A stretch of DNA of 64,000 nucleotides from a bacterium (GTDB lineage Bacteria; SAR324; NAC60-12), in NCBI GenBank assembly GCA_965233585.1, contig CBDDTI010000746.1:384001-448000 (forward strand), read 5' to 3'. The position numbers and the translations under genes are program-made. The notes beneath the pieces were generated by a model that had not been told where the DNA came from, made no database searches, and saw only the letters and a list, made by a program, of their open reading frames with translations. This document shows positions 9,525-19,856 of this stretch, piece by piece. Each line of letters begins with the position of its first letter. Position 1 is the stretch's first letter.

Positions 9525-11228
9525 ATGAGTTATTGTCAAGAACTTCTCAATTTGTTGGTTGACAAATACACAGTTGACCATGCCAAAATCAATCCTCAAC
9601 GGCAAGAATTAGAAAGCCAACGAGACTTGACAGAACTCAAAGAGCTTTTGGTCAACTCCAAAGCCTTAACTGATGACACGTTTCAAAGAGCTGTTTCAGA
9701 ATTCTTTCAGCTAGACTACCTCCCTTCTCTTTCTGCAACTGAATTTACCAACGATTTCAGCAACAAGATTCCTTTGCGTTATGCCAAACGGTATATGTTC
9801 TTTCCCCTAAAAATTGATGAGTCTCATATTGAGCTTGCTGTTGAAAATCCCTGTTTTTTTGAGGCAATAGACGACATCAGTAGGCAGTTTCAAAAAAAAC
9901 CGCTTCTCTACATTTCCAACCGTCAGTCTATCTTAGACCTCATCAATCAGGCATATGAACGAAAAGACACGCACAAAGAATCTATTGCCAATTTAGATGC
10001 CACAGAGACAACCACTGTGAACTTTGAAGAAGTGGAAGATTTGCTTGAATCCACTGACGAAGAGCCAGTCAAAAGGTTGGTCAATAACATTTTATGGAAG
10101 GCGGCAAGAGAAGAAGCCAGCGACATTCACCTCACACCAAATGCCAAAGAAACCACTGTTCGTTACAGAATTGATGGAATCTTGTATCAAGAACTCACTG
10201 TGCCTAAATCTGCACACATGATGGTTGTCAACAGAATTAAGGTCATGTCCAAGCTGGATATTGCCCAAAAAAGCATGCCACAAGATGGTCGGACAATGGT
10301 CATTATTGCGGGAAAAAAGATTGACATTCGTGTCTCCACTGTCCCCACAGTGAATGGAGAAACGATTGTCTTGCGTCTGTTGTATCAAAATGAAGAAGCG
10401 CGTTCGCTGTCCGACATTGGTTTGCAACCCCTCATCTTTGAGCGATTTACCAAAATGGTTGAGTCCACAGGCGGAATGATTTTAGTTACTGGTCCCACAG
10501 GAAGTGGAAAGACCACAACACTTTATGCAGGTTTAGCCAGCTTAGACTCTGATACCAATAACATCATTACAGTAGAAGACCCTGTTGAATATCGCTTGCC
10601 GGGTTATTCACAAATTGAAGTACACACCAAAGCAGGTTTAACCTTTGCTGCTGCTTTGCGTTCTGTTTTAAGGCAAGACCCTGACATCATCATGGTTGGT
10701 GAAATGCGGGACCGCGAAACTGCCGAAATCGCTGTCCAGTCTGCATTGACAGGGCATTTGGTGTTTAGTACAGTCCACACTAACAATGCAGCTGCAACCA
10801 TTACAAGACTGATTGACATGGGAATTGAACCCTTCTTAGCCGCATCAACCATCATCGGAATCCTTGCCCAAAGACTAGTCAGGCAAATTTGTGCAGACTG
10901 CAAGACGACCTATGAACCCACTGAAGAAGAACTCATGGAAGTTGGATTGACACATGAAGATTTGAAACAAAATCAAGGGATGCTGTTTCATGGAAAAGGC
11001 TGTGAAACTTGTCGTAATACAGGGTTCAAAGGCAGGCTGGGAATCCATGAGCTACTGACGATGAGCAACGGCTTGAGAAGGCAGATTGTCCATTCCAACG
11101 ATGAGAATTTTTTAAGAAACATTGCACTTGATGAAGGTATGATCTCTTTGCGAATGGACGGAGCATATAAAATTGTGCAAGGTTTAACTACTATTGAAGA
11201 AATTGTATCTATCACACGAGAAAAATGA
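9525..11228 (+). CDS. GspE/PilB-family assembly ATPase
   Basis: ASDIH, PQDGR, GPTGSGKTTT, TVEDPVE, LRQDPDIIMVGEMRD, two CxxC motifs. Confidence 0.93.
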   Translation: MSYCQELLNLLVDKYTVDHAKINPQRQELESQRDLTELKELLVNSKALTDDTFQRAVSEFFQLDYLPSLSATEFTNDFSNKIPLRYAKRYMFFPLKIDESHIELAVENPCFFEAIDDISRQFQKKPLLYISNRQSILDLINQAYERKDTHKESIANLDATETTTVNFEEVEDLLESTDEEPVKRLVNNILWKAAREEASDIHLTPNAKETTVRYRIDGILYQELTVPKSAHMMVVNRIKVMSKLDIAQKSMPQDGRTMVIIAGKKIDIRVSTVPTVNGETIVLRLLYQNEEARSLSDIGLQPLIFERFTKMVESTGGMILVTGPTGSGKTTTLYAGLASLDSDTNNIITVEDPVEYRLPGYSQIEVHTKAGLTFAAALRSVLRQDPDIIMVGEMRDRETAEIAVQSALTGHLVFSTVHTNNAAATITRLIDMGIEPFLAASTIIGILAQRLVRQICADCKTTYEPTEEELMEVGLTHEDLKQNQGMLFHGKGCETCRNTGFKGRLGIHELLTMSNGLRRQIVHSNDENFLRNIALDEGMISLRMDGAYKIVQGLTTIEEIVSITREK

Positions 11229-12478
11229 GTACAGTCAGAAACTTTTTTGCCCGTCATTCCAACGGATATTATGGGCAATATGGCGGAGCATTTGTTCCTG
11301 AAATTCTTAAAAGCACCTTAGATGAATTGACTGCCGCTTTTGAGGAAGCCTATCAAGACCCATCATTTTGGCAAGAATACTGCGACATTTTACAAAGCTA
11401 TTCTTGCAGACCAACTCCCATCACTCCTTTGACGAACCTTTCTCAAAAGCTGGGAGGTGCAGACATTTATTGTAAACGTGAAGACTTGAATCAAACGGGT
11501 GCGCACAAGATCAATAACGTCATAGGACAAGGTCTATTGACTAAGAGAATGGGCAAGACCAGAGTCATTGCAGAAACAGGAGCAGGACAGCATGGTGTGG
11601 CAATGGCAACGATGGCAGCAAGGCTTGGTTTGGAATGCACCATTTACATGGGGGCTAAAGATGTTATTCGGCAGAGACCCAATGTTTTTTGGATGGAGCA
11701 ACTCGGAGCTTCTGTTGTGAGCGTTTCTGATGGAAGTGCCACGCTCAAAGATGCCATCAATGAATCCATGAGAGACTGGACTCAATCCATGAACACAACC
11801 CATTATGTGTTAGGCACAGCCTGCGGACCTCACCCTTTTCCCCAAATGGTTTCGTGGTTTCAGTCTATCGTTGGACAAGAAAGTTTTGCACAAATGAAAG
11901 AACTGACGAATCAAGCACCTGATGCTATTTATGCTTGTGTTGGAGGGGGTTCAAATGCGTTGGGTATGTTTCTGCCATTTTTAGATGAACCATCAGAATT
12001 GGTGGGAGTAGAAGCAGGAGGGCATGGAATTGCTTCAGGTCAGCATGCGGCAAGAATGTCTGGCGGAAGTGTTGGCATTGCACAAGGTTACAAAACCTAT
12101 TTCCTTCAGAATCAAGAGGGACAAATGAACTCCACCCATTCCATTTCCGCAGGTTTGGACTATGTGGGAATCAGCCCTATCCTAAGCTGTTTACACGATA
12201 CAAGACGAGTACGTTTCATTCATGCCAAAGATGAGGACACTATAGCCGCAACAAAATTGCTTATTGAAACTGAAGGCATCATTCCAGCCCTTGAAAGCGC
12301 ACATGCCTTTGTCCCTGCCATTCAAGAAGCCCCTCACGCTAAAGGTCAAACCTTCCTAATCAACTTGTCAGGAAGGGGAGACAAAGACATCTTCAATGTT
12401 GCCAATGCCATGCAAGATGAAAAGTGGAAGGAGTTTATCTGCCAACAAGCCAAAGAATTTGCATCAGTCTCACTTTGA
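11225..12478 (+). CDS. trpB: Tryptophan synthase beta chain
   Basis: KREDLNQTGAHKINN, AETGAGQHG, CVGGGSNA, SISAGLDY, NLSGRGDKD. Confidence 0.95.
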   Translation: MSTVRNFFARHSNGYYGQYGGAFVPEILKSTLDELTAAFEEAYQDPSFWQEYCDILQSYSCRPTPITPLTNLSQKLGGADIYCKREDLNQTGAHKINNVIGQGLLTKRMGKTRVIAETGAGQHGVAMATMAARLGLECTIYMGAKDVIRQRPNVFWMEQLGASVVSVSDGSATLKDAINESMRDWTQSMNTTHYVLGTACGPHPFPQMVSWFQSIVGQESFAQMKELTNQAPDAIYACVGGGSNALGMFLPFLDEPSELVGVEAGGHGIASGQHAARMSGGSVGIAQGYKTYFLQNQEGQMNSTHSISAGLDYVGISPILSCLHDTRRVRFIHAKDEDTIAATKLLIETEGIIPALESAHAFVPAIQEAPHAKGQTFLINLSGRGDKDIFNVANAMQDEKWKEFICQQAKEFASVSL

Positions 12479-12696
12479 CAGAGTCTTTAATCTTTTGGAA
12501 AGCACAAAATGCTTGACAACCTCACGTTTATCATTCACACTACCCAACCAATTCAGAGTGAATTTTTGAGTTGCTTGCTAGTATTCTTTTTTCTTTTGAA
12601 TTGAGAATGCTGATTCTGCAAGGATTGGATTGCTAAAGAATCTTAGTCGCCCAAGCCTTGTTCTTTTTATCAACCTTATTATTTTGGAGATATTTT

Positions 12697-13941
12697 ATGA
12701 TGAAAAAAATAGTGAAAAGAAGTCTTGGAACAGCTTTGGCTGTTGGAATGAGCTTGTCAGCAAATTTGGCGTTTGGTGGTAAGTTGGTGATTAATTCAGA
12801 TACGTCAGACCCTGCCCCTAAAAAGGCGATGCAATACCTTGTGAGTGAGTTTGAAAAAGCTCACCCTGACATTGAAGTCAAATGGAATGTGTTTGACCAT
12901 GAAGGGTTTAAAACTTCTATCAGAAACTTTTTAAGTGCTGATGCACCAGACATTGTGACTTGGTATGCAGGAAACCGAATGTTACCTTTTGTCAAAGCAG
13001 AATTGTTTGCACCGATTGACGATGTTTGGGACAAAAACAATTTTCACGAATTGCTAGCTTCTTCTGCAGATTCTTCTACTGTCAATGGTAAAAAGTATGC
13101 TGTGCCTTATTCTTACTATCAATGGGGAGTTTATTATCGCAAGGATATTTTCAATAAGCACAACATTCCAGTACCTAAAACTTGGGCAGATTTTATCCAA
13201 GCAGGTGAAGTCTTAAAAAGTAAGGGTATTACACCAATTACGATTGGAACAAAATTTTTGTGGACAGCCGCAGGTGTCTTTGACTACATCAATTTGAGAA
13301 CTAATGGTTATGAATTTCACATGGACTTAACCAATGGGAAAGTAGCTTGGACTGACAAACGTGTGAAAGACACGATGAACAACTGGAAAGAATTGATTGA
13401 TAGAGAGTTTTTTATCAAAAACCACACAACTTACAGTTGGCAAGAAGCTCTTTCTCCAATGGTCAAAGGAGAAGCAGCAATGTATGTGATGGGTAATTTT
13501 GCTGTTGCCCCTTTAAGAGAAGCTGGCTTGAATGACGACCAAATCGGGTTTTTTCAATTCCCCATCATCAACGGAAAAGTTTCATTGGCAGAGGAAGCAC
13601 CTACCGAAACGATGCACATGCCTATGCGTGCTAAAAACAAAGAAGAAGCTAGAAAGTTCCTTGCTTTTCTGGGACGTGCTGAAGTTCAAGCTGGAATGAA
13701 TCAAATTTTAGGGCAACTGCCTATCAATAAAAATTCAGAAGTCGCTGATGACCCATTCATCAAAGCTGGCTTTCAAATGCTTTCCAACACCAAAGGAGGG
13801 ATTGCACAGTTTTTTGACCGTGATGCCCCTGCTAATATGGCAAAACCTGCAATGGAAGGGTTTCAACAATTTATGGTCAAACCTGAAAGAGTGGACGGCA
13901 TTTTGAAAAAATTAGACAAAGCCCGCAAACGAGTTTATTGA
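12697..13941 (+). CDS. Sugar ABC transporter substrate-binding protein
   Basis: Signal peptide and SBP family 1 features; first gene of the sugar operon; GGAGA RBS before ATG 12697. Confidence 0.9.
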   Translation: MMKKIVKRSLGTALAVGMSLSANLAFGGKLVINSDTSDPAPKKAMQYLVSEFEKAHPDIEVKWNVFDHEGFKTSIRNFLSADAPDIVTWYAGNRMLPFVKAELFAPIDDVWDKNNFHELLASSADSSTVNGKKYAVPYSYYQWGVYYRKDIFNKHNIPVPKTWADFIQAGEVLKSKGITPITIGTKFLWTAAGVFDYINLRTNGYEFHMDLTNGKVAWTDKRVKDTMNNWKELIDREFFIKNHTTYSWQEALSPMVKGEAAMYVMGNFAVAPLREAGLNDDQIGFFQFPIINGKVSLAEEAPTETMHMPMRAKNKEEARKFLAFLGRAEVQAGMNQILGQLPINKNSEVADDPFIKAGFQMLSNTKGGIAQFFDRDAPANMAKPAMEGFQQFMVKPERVDGILKKLDKARKRVY

Positions 13942-13961
13942 TTGTTGGATTTCGTTTCAAT

Positions 13962-14001
13962 AAGGCAACCTTCAAAGCCTTTGACCTTTGGAGGTTGCCT
14001 T
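13962..14001 (+). terminator. Intercistronic stem-loop after the SBP gene
   Basis: AAGGCAACCTTCAAAG...CTTTGGAGGTTGCCTT inverted repeat. Confidence 0.65.
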
Positions 14002-14023
14002 CTAATCATAGTTATCAACTCCT

Positions 14024-14914
14024 ATGCTCTCCTCCTCCTTTTTCAGGAAAAACCGCCTAAAAATATCTCCATGGCTCTTTCTAGCCCCTGCCTGTTTGAT
14101 GTTTTTGGCTTACGTGATTTTTCCCATTTTTGAATCTATCACAATCTCTTTTTACAAATGGGACGGTTTAGGTGAAAAAACGTATATTGGGCTGTCAAAT
14201 TACGTAGAATTGTTTGAAGATGAAGATTTTTATACTTCACTCAAAAACAATGTCATCTGGCTTGTTCTCTTCCTACTCGCTCCCCCTCTTGGCTTGTTCA
14301 TCGCCTTATTTTTAAACCAAAATGTTTATGGGATTCGGTTTTACAAATCTTTGTTTTTCTTCCCTTTTGTGATTTCTCAAGTTGTAGTGGGATTGGTGTT
14401 TTCGTGGTTTTATGACCCATCTAACGGCATCTTGAATTTGATTTTAAATGCTTTAGGATTTGAGACTATTTCTATTTTGGGTAATGAAGACTTGGTAACT
14501 TATGGAATTGTTGCGGCTGGTCTTTGGCCCCAAATTGCTTATTGCATGATTCTTTATCTCACAGGGTTAAATGCTGTCAATCCTGAACAAATAGAGGCGG
14601 GTAGATTAGATAATGCAAAGGGTTGGAGAATGCTTTGGTACATTATCCTGCCCCAGCTCAAACCTGCAACTTTCATCGCAGTTGTTGTCACAGTGATTGG
14701 TGCTTTAAGGTCTTTTGATTTAATTTCTATTATGACCGATGGTGGACCTTGGGGGTCTAGTCGGGTCTTGGCTTTTTTCATGTATGAACAAGCCTTGTCA
14801 GAATATGGATTCCGTATGGGATATGGCGCTGCAATCGCCGTCATTCTCTTCTTAATCATGTTGGTTTATATAGTTGGCTTCTTAGCTAAAATGTACCAAG
14901 ATGAAAAATCTTAA
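14024..14914 (+). CDS. Sugar ABC permease 1
   Basis: About 6 TM segments; EAGRLDNA EAA-loop variant. Confidence 0.92.
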   Translation: MLSSSFFRKNRLKISPWLFLAPACLMFLAYVIFPIFESITISFYKWDGLGEKTYIGLSNYVELFEDEDFYTSLKNNVIWLVLFLLAPPLGLFIALFLNQNVYGIRFYKSLFFFPFVISQVVVGLVFSWFYDPSNGILNLILNALGFETISILGNEDLVTYGIVAAGLWPQIAYCMILYLTGLNAVNPEQIEAGRLDNAKGWRMLWYIILPQLKPATFIAVVVTVIGALRSFDLISIMTDGGPWGSSRVLAFFMYEQALSEYGFRMGYGAAIAVILFLIMLVYIVGFLAKMYQDEKS

Positions 14915-14947
14915 AAATATGCAGAATTAATCAATGCCTTTTTAAAT

Positions 14948-15799
14948 ATGTTCCCTACTCCCATTCAAAGAACCTCACTTTTCACACAAAAGACTTACAA
15001 AATTATTCTACCAATGACCTTGTTGATTTGGTTGCTTCCCTTGATTGCCGTCATGCTGACGTCTATTCGTTCATCGGGAGACATCATTTCAGGCAATTAT
15101 TGGGGGATTCCAACGACTTTCAACTTGGTTGAAAATTACACAGCAATTTTTGAAAGTACTCCGATTGGAAGGTACATACTCAATAGTTTTTATGTCACTA
15201 TCCCAACAGTTTTGGGGGCAGTGGCTCTTTCGTCTTTAAGTGGTTTTGCGTTGGGGGTGTATCGTTTTAAGGGCAATTTATTCATTTTCTTCATGTTTAT
15301 TGCAGGCAATTTTATTCCTTTCCAAATTTTGATGGTACCTGTCCGCGACATGAGTGTCAGTTTGGGATTGTATGACACCTTTGCTGGTTTGATTTTATTT
15401 CATATTGCGTTTCAAACAGGATTTTGCACTTTATTCATGCGTAATTTTATCAAGGCGTTACCTTTTGAATTGATAGAAGCGGCACGTGTTGAAGGTGTGA
15501 GTGAACTCAGGATTTTTGGGTTTATCGTATTGCCTTTGATGCGACCAGCCATCGCCGCTCTTTCTGTCTTGATTTTTACTTTTATTTGGAATGATTACTT
15601 CTGGGCAGTGACTTTGACTCAAGGTTCAGATACTCAACCGATTACTGCAGGTCTTCATTCTTTGAATGGGCAGTGGCTTGCAAATTGGCATTTAGTCTCT
15701 GCGGGTTCTATCGTTGCCGCATTGCCTCCTGTTTTAATGTTCTTCTTAATGCAAAAACATTTTATTGCAGGGCTGACTCTTGGAGCAGTGAAATCTTAA
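14948..15799 (+). CDS. Sugar ABC permease 2
   Basis: ELIEAARVEG loop, IWNDYFW. Confidence 0.92.
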   Translation: MFPTPIQRTSLFTQKTYKIILPMTLLIWLLPLIAVMLTSIRSSGDIISGNYWGIPTTFNLVENYTAIFESTPIGRYILNSFYVTIPTVLGAVALSSLSGFALGVYRFKGNLFIFFMFIAGNFIPFQILMVPVRDMSVSLGLYDTFAGLILFHIAFQTGFCTLFMRNFIKALPFELIEAARVEGVSELRIFGFIVLPLMRPAIAALSVLIFTFIWNDYFWAVTLTQGSDTQPITAGLHSLNGQWLANWHLVSAGSIVAALPPVLMFFLMQKHFIAGLTLGAVKS

Positions 15800-15811
15800 A
15801 CTTTAAAAAAT

Positions 15812-15935
15812 ATGAAAAAATTTGGTCTTGTCCAACCACAACATCATCAAAAACACGTTCAGCAGTTCATGCGCCAAGGTGATCTTGATTTCCAAGACTT
15901 TCGCCATAGCTTTTATAAAAGTGTTGAAAATGGAC
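15812..15935 (+). pseudogene. Internally deleted beta-galactosidase remnant
   Basis: VQPQ fused to HQKHVQQFMRQGDLDFQDFRHSFYKSV; matches IQPQ and YQKHAQQFMRQGEPDFQDFHHSLYKSV of the gene at 16735. Confidence 0.8.
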
Positions 15936-16005
15936 ATTCACACATTTACAGTGTAAACCTTTTATATAATTATAATTTTCATAAAGATACAGAAAGGAAA
16001 ATCCT

Positions 16006-16563
16006 ATGTTTACATACCATGAAATAGATACGGCACCAGAAGAATCAAAGGCATTGATGGAAAAGTCTGCTGCTGCTTTTGGCAGAGTCCCCGACATGCA
16101 CAAAATCTTAGCCGAAGCCCCTGCAGCATATGAAGCCTATTTAACCACGATGGAGTTATTTGGCAACAAAAGTACTTTTACCCCCACGGAACAGCAAGTA
16201 GTGTTTATGACCATGAACTTTGAAAATAAGTGTCATTACTGCATACCCGGGCATACGGTATTGATGAAAATGCAAAATATATCTGACGATATTATTGAAG
16301 CATTGCGAGAAGGTACCCCCCTAGCCGATGCGAAACTGGAAGCCTTGCGGACATACACTAGGGAAATGTTTAACACCCGTGGTCGTATTGGTGAAGACGG
16401 ATTAAAAGCGTTTCTGGATGCAGGTTACACCCAACGGCAATCCTTGGAAGTGTTGGTGGGTATCGCTGCAAAAACAATTTCTAACTTCACCAATGCCCTT
16501 GCTGATACCCGCCTAAATGAGGTGGTATCAAAATACGCTTGGACACACCCAGACGACAGATAA
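16006..16563 (+). CDS. AhpD/carboxymuconolactone decarboxylase family protein
   Basis: ENKCHYCIPGH CxxC motif; DAKLEALR, FLDAGYT, KTISNFTN. Confidence 0.9.
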   Translation: MFTYHEIDTAPEESKALMEKSAAAFGRVPDMHKILAEAPAAYEAYLTTMELFGNKSTFTPTEQQVVFMTMNFENKCHYCIPGHTVLMKMQNISDDIIEALREGTPLADAKLEALRTYTREMFNTRGRIGEDGLKAFLDAGYTQRQSLEVLVGIAAKTISNFTNALADTRLNEVVSKYAWTHPDDR

Positions 16564-16580
16564 CATTTTAGTTATTTTTT

Positions 16581-16623
16581 ATAAAAAGCCTTATTTATGC
16601 ACATGACAAATAAGGCTTTTTAT
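16581..16623. terminator. Rho-independent (likely bidirectional) terminator
   Basis: ATAAAAAGCCTTATTT...AAATAAGGCTTTTTAT followed by Ts. Confidence 0.75.
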
Positions 16624-16734
16624 TTTTCAATAAGTTGAAATGACAACGCTATACCATTTTTACTGTTGTCAGTATGTGAATGAGTTGATATGACGGAAAA
16701 GATTGGTATGACAAAACAATAAAAAAGCCTTGAC

Positions 16735-18690
16735 ATGACTGAACGAATAAAAAAATATGTTCCTATCCAACCACAGCTAGGGGTTTGTTACTACCCTGAA
16801 CACTGCTCTTCTCAGTTGTGGCAATCTGATGCCCAACGCATGAAAGAACTCGGTTTGCAATGGGTGAGAATTGGAGAGTTTGCATGGAGTAGGCTTGAAC
16901 CCCAAAAGCAGAAGTTTCAGTTGGAATGGCTTGACGAAGTCATTGAGATTTTAGGGAATGCCAATTTAAAGGTGATTCTAGGGACTCCTACTGCCACTCC
17001 CCCAAAATGGATTCTTGAAGAATATCCAGAAATGTTAGCAAAAGACAGTCATGGTCAAGTCAGAAAATTTGGTTCAAGAAGACATTACTGTTTTTCGCAT
17101 GAAGGTTATCAAAAAGAGTGCAAACGCATTGTAGAAATACTTGCCAAACGTTATGGCAAGAATCCTCATATTTCAGCATGGCAAATTGACAATGAGTTTG
17201 GTTGCCATGACACAACCCTGTCTTACAGTGATTCTGCATTGCATGCTTTTAGACTTTGGTTACAAGAACGTTATGAGGCCATTGAGAAACTGAATGAATC
17301 TTGGGGGAATGTGTTTTGGTCTATGGAATATCAAAATTTTCAGCAAGTTGAGCTGCCTCATCAAACAACCACAGAGGCAAACCCTGCCCATTGGCTAGAT
17401 TTTAGAAGATTCTCATCAGACCAAGTCATTCGTTTTAATCGTCTGCAAGTTGAAATTTTGAAGCAACACACGCAAGCCCCAATTTTGCATAACTTCATGG
17501 GGAAAGAGCTGGGATTTGATCATTTTAAAATAGGCAAAGACTTAGACATTGCCAGTTGGGATAGCTATCCGCTCGGCTTTCTATCAACATTTTTTGGACG
17601 ACAAACACGCTATCAAAAACATGCTCAACAATTCATGCGACAAGGAGAACCTGATTTTCAAGACTTTCACCATAGTCTTTACAAAAGTGTTGGAAGCGGA
17701 AGATGTTGGGTCATGGAACAACAGCCCGGTCCTGTGAATTGGGCATCGCACAATCCAATTCCCTTGCCGGGCATGGTGCGTTTGTGGACAATAGAAGCCT
17801 TTGTCAGTGGTGTAGAAGTGGTGAGTTACTTCCGTTGGAGACAAGCAAGATTCGCTCAAGAACAAATGCACACAGGGCTTTTGTATTTTGACAATACCTC
17901 CTCTCCCGTTTTGGAAGAAATCAAACAGGTCACCCAAGACCTTCAAACCTTAAAAACGATTGAGCCTCGTCAAAATCCTGTGGCAATCATCTTTGACTAT
18001 GAATCAGCGTGGGCGTGGCAAACTCAACCACAAGGAGCAAATTTTGACTACTTTAGCTTAGCCTTTGAGTTTTACAAAGCACTCAGGTCTTTGGGAGTCA
18101 ATGCCGATTTGGTTTCTACCGAATGCACAAATTTAAAAGATTACAAAATGCTCATTGTCCCTGCCTTGATGCAGCTTAAAAAAAACTTTAAACAATCTTT
18201 GTTAGCGTACGATGGTATTCTGCTCATGGGACCACGGACAGGTTCTAAAGATGAGTGTTTTCACACAGCACAAATGCCTTTAAATGATTTTGGAATTGAT
18301 GCTGAAATTGGCTGGGTAGAAAGTTGGGGTGATGAGGCTAACCTTCCTTTGCAAAATGGTGGTCAAGTGGTGAAATGGTTGGAACATATCAGAGTCGGTC
18401 ACCAGTTGAAGCCAGAACAAATCATAGAGACTACACAGTGCCAAAAGCCTGTTTTATTGGGAAGTCAAAATCGGTTTTACCTCACAGGTTGGTTAGATGA
18501 AAAAGCCCTCAAACGCATTTTAAAAGAGTTGTCTCAAAACATTGGAATCCCCTTGTATGATTTGCCAGAAGGGTTAAGAATGACAGAAACAGCCACGCAT
18601 CGCTTCCTTTTCAATTACAACGCAACTCCTATAACATACCAACAGCACACCATTCCATCTGCTGACTTTCTCATACAACCTCTTGACTGA
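16735..18690 (+). CDS. GH42 beta-galactosidase
   Basis: GVCYYPEH, RIGEFAWS, GTPTATPPKW, WQIDNE (acid/base), VMEQQPG (nucleophile), AQEQMH. Confidence 0.95.
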   Translation: MTERIKKYVPIQPQLGVCYYPEHCSSQLWQSDAQRMKELGLQWVRIGEFAWSRLEPQKQKFQLEWLDEVIEILGNANLKVILGTPTATPPKWILEEYPEMLAKDSHGQVRKFGSRRHYCFSHEGYQKECKRIVEILAKRYGKNPHISAWQIDNEFGCHDTTLSYSDSALHAFRLWLQERYEAIEKLNESWGNVFWSMEYQNFQQVELPHQTTTEANPAHWLDFRRFSSDQVIRFNRLQVEILKQHTQAPILHNFMGKELGFDHFKIGKDLDIASWDSYPLGFLSTFFGRQTRYQKHAQQFMRQGEPDFQDFHHSLYKSVGSGRCWVMEQQPGPVNWASHNPIPLPGMVRLWTIEAFVSGVEVVSYFRWRQARFAQEQMHTGLLYFDNTSSPVLEEIKQVTQDLQTLKTIEPRQNPVAIIFDYESAWAWQTQPQGANFDYFSLAFEFYKALRSLGVNADLVSTECTNLKDYKMLIVPALMQLKKNFKQSLLAYDGILLMGPRTGSKDECFHTAQMPLNDFGIDAEIGWVESWGDEANLPLQNGGQVVKWLEHIRVGHQLKPEQIIETTQCQKPVLLGSQNRFYLTGWLDEKALKRILKELSQNIGIPLYDLPEGLRMTETATHRFLFNYNATPITYQQHTIPSADFLIQPLD

Positions 18691-18702
18691 ACACCTCTTC
18701 TG

Positions 18703-19773
18703 ATGAAACCAAAAATGTCTGGAATACAGTTAAATCATCTTTTTAAGAATTTTGGAAAAACAGCAGTGATTCAGGGGGTTGAGATTGAGATTGAGGAGGG
18801 AGAATTTTGTGTTTTTGTCGGTCCTTCTGGCTGTGGAAAATCTACCTTATTGCGAATGATTGCAGGTTTGGAAGAGATAGACGATGGGGATATTTTGATT
18901 GACGGCTTAAAAGTCAATGATGTTGAACCAGCACAGCGGGGAGTTGCAATGGTTTTTCAATCCTATGCTCTTTACCCACATATGAACGTTGAGCAAAACA
19001 TGGGATTTGGTTTAAAAATGAACAAAGTCCCTGCAAAAGAAATCTCTCAAAAAGTGCAACGTGCCGCTGAAATCTTGAGGCTGACACCGTATCTGAAACG
19101 GAAACCCAAAGCACTCTCTGGTGGACAGAAGCAACGTGTGGCGATTGGTCGTGCCATTGTCAGAGGTTCTAAAGTCTTTTTGTTTGACGAACCCTTGTCT
19201 AATCTTGATGCAGAGTTGCGCGTGGAGATGCGGACAGAATTAGCCAGATTGCACAATGAACTCCAAATCACCATGATTTATGTGACCCATGACCAAGTGG
19301 AAGCCATGACGTTAGCAGATAAAATCGTGGTCTTGAGAGGCGGGAAGGTAGAACAAACTGGCTCTCCAATGGAGTTGTACAAAAATCCAGACAATCAGTT
19401 TGTTGCAGGCTTCATTGGCTCACCTTCAATGAACTTCATTAAAGCCTTTCAATATCTTCAAGGGGTTACAATTCCTGCCTTCTCCAATCAAGAAATCACA
19501 ATGAACCTCTCCCAGTGCGAAGAAAAACGGGAAGTGACCTTTGGAATGAGACCAGAACATTTAAGCCTGACCGAAGGCAATGACTGGACTGTAGAATTGA
19601 TAGAAAGATTAGGCGGTGTGGGTTATGTTTATTTGGTTTCCAAAACTCAGGAACGAATTACTGTGGAAATCAAAGGAGAAAGTGATGTGCAAAAAGGGCA
19701 AAAAGTGGGAATACTCCTGAATCAAGAGCATGCTTTTCTCTTTGACCCAAAGACTGAAGCACGAATCCGATAA
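18703..19773 (+). CDS. Sugar ABC ATP-binding protein (MalK/UgpC family)
   Basis: [33 protein letters not shown]. Confidence 0.95.
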   Translation: MKPKMSGIQLNHLFKNFGKTAVIQGVEIEIEEGEFCVFVGPSGCGKSTLLRMIAGLEEIDDGDILIDGLKVNDVEPAQRGVAMVFQSYALYPHMNVEQNMGFGLKMNKVPAKEISQKVQRAAEILRLTPYLKRKPKALSGGQKQRVAIGRAIVRGSKVFLFDEPLSNLDAELRVEMRTELARLHNELQITMIYVTHDQVEAMTLADKIVVLRGGKVEQTGSPMELYKNPDNQFVAGFIGSPSMNFIKAFQYLQGVTIPAFSNQEITMNLSQCEEKREVTFGMRPEHLSLTEGNDWTVELIERLGGVGYVYLVSKTQERITVEIKGESDVQKGQKVGILLNQEHAFLFDPKTEARIR

Positions 19774-19856
19774 AATAAAATTATTTCCTTCAAATATCCT
19801 TCACTTAGTTTGATTGAAACTTCAATAAACTCTGTTCCTAAGAGTGAGCTTTGACA

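Noticed and set aside
16560..16680. Hairpins after the CMD gene as an integron attC site
   Set aside because: No clear RYYYAAC/GTTRRRY box arrangement and no integrase; it fits a terminator better
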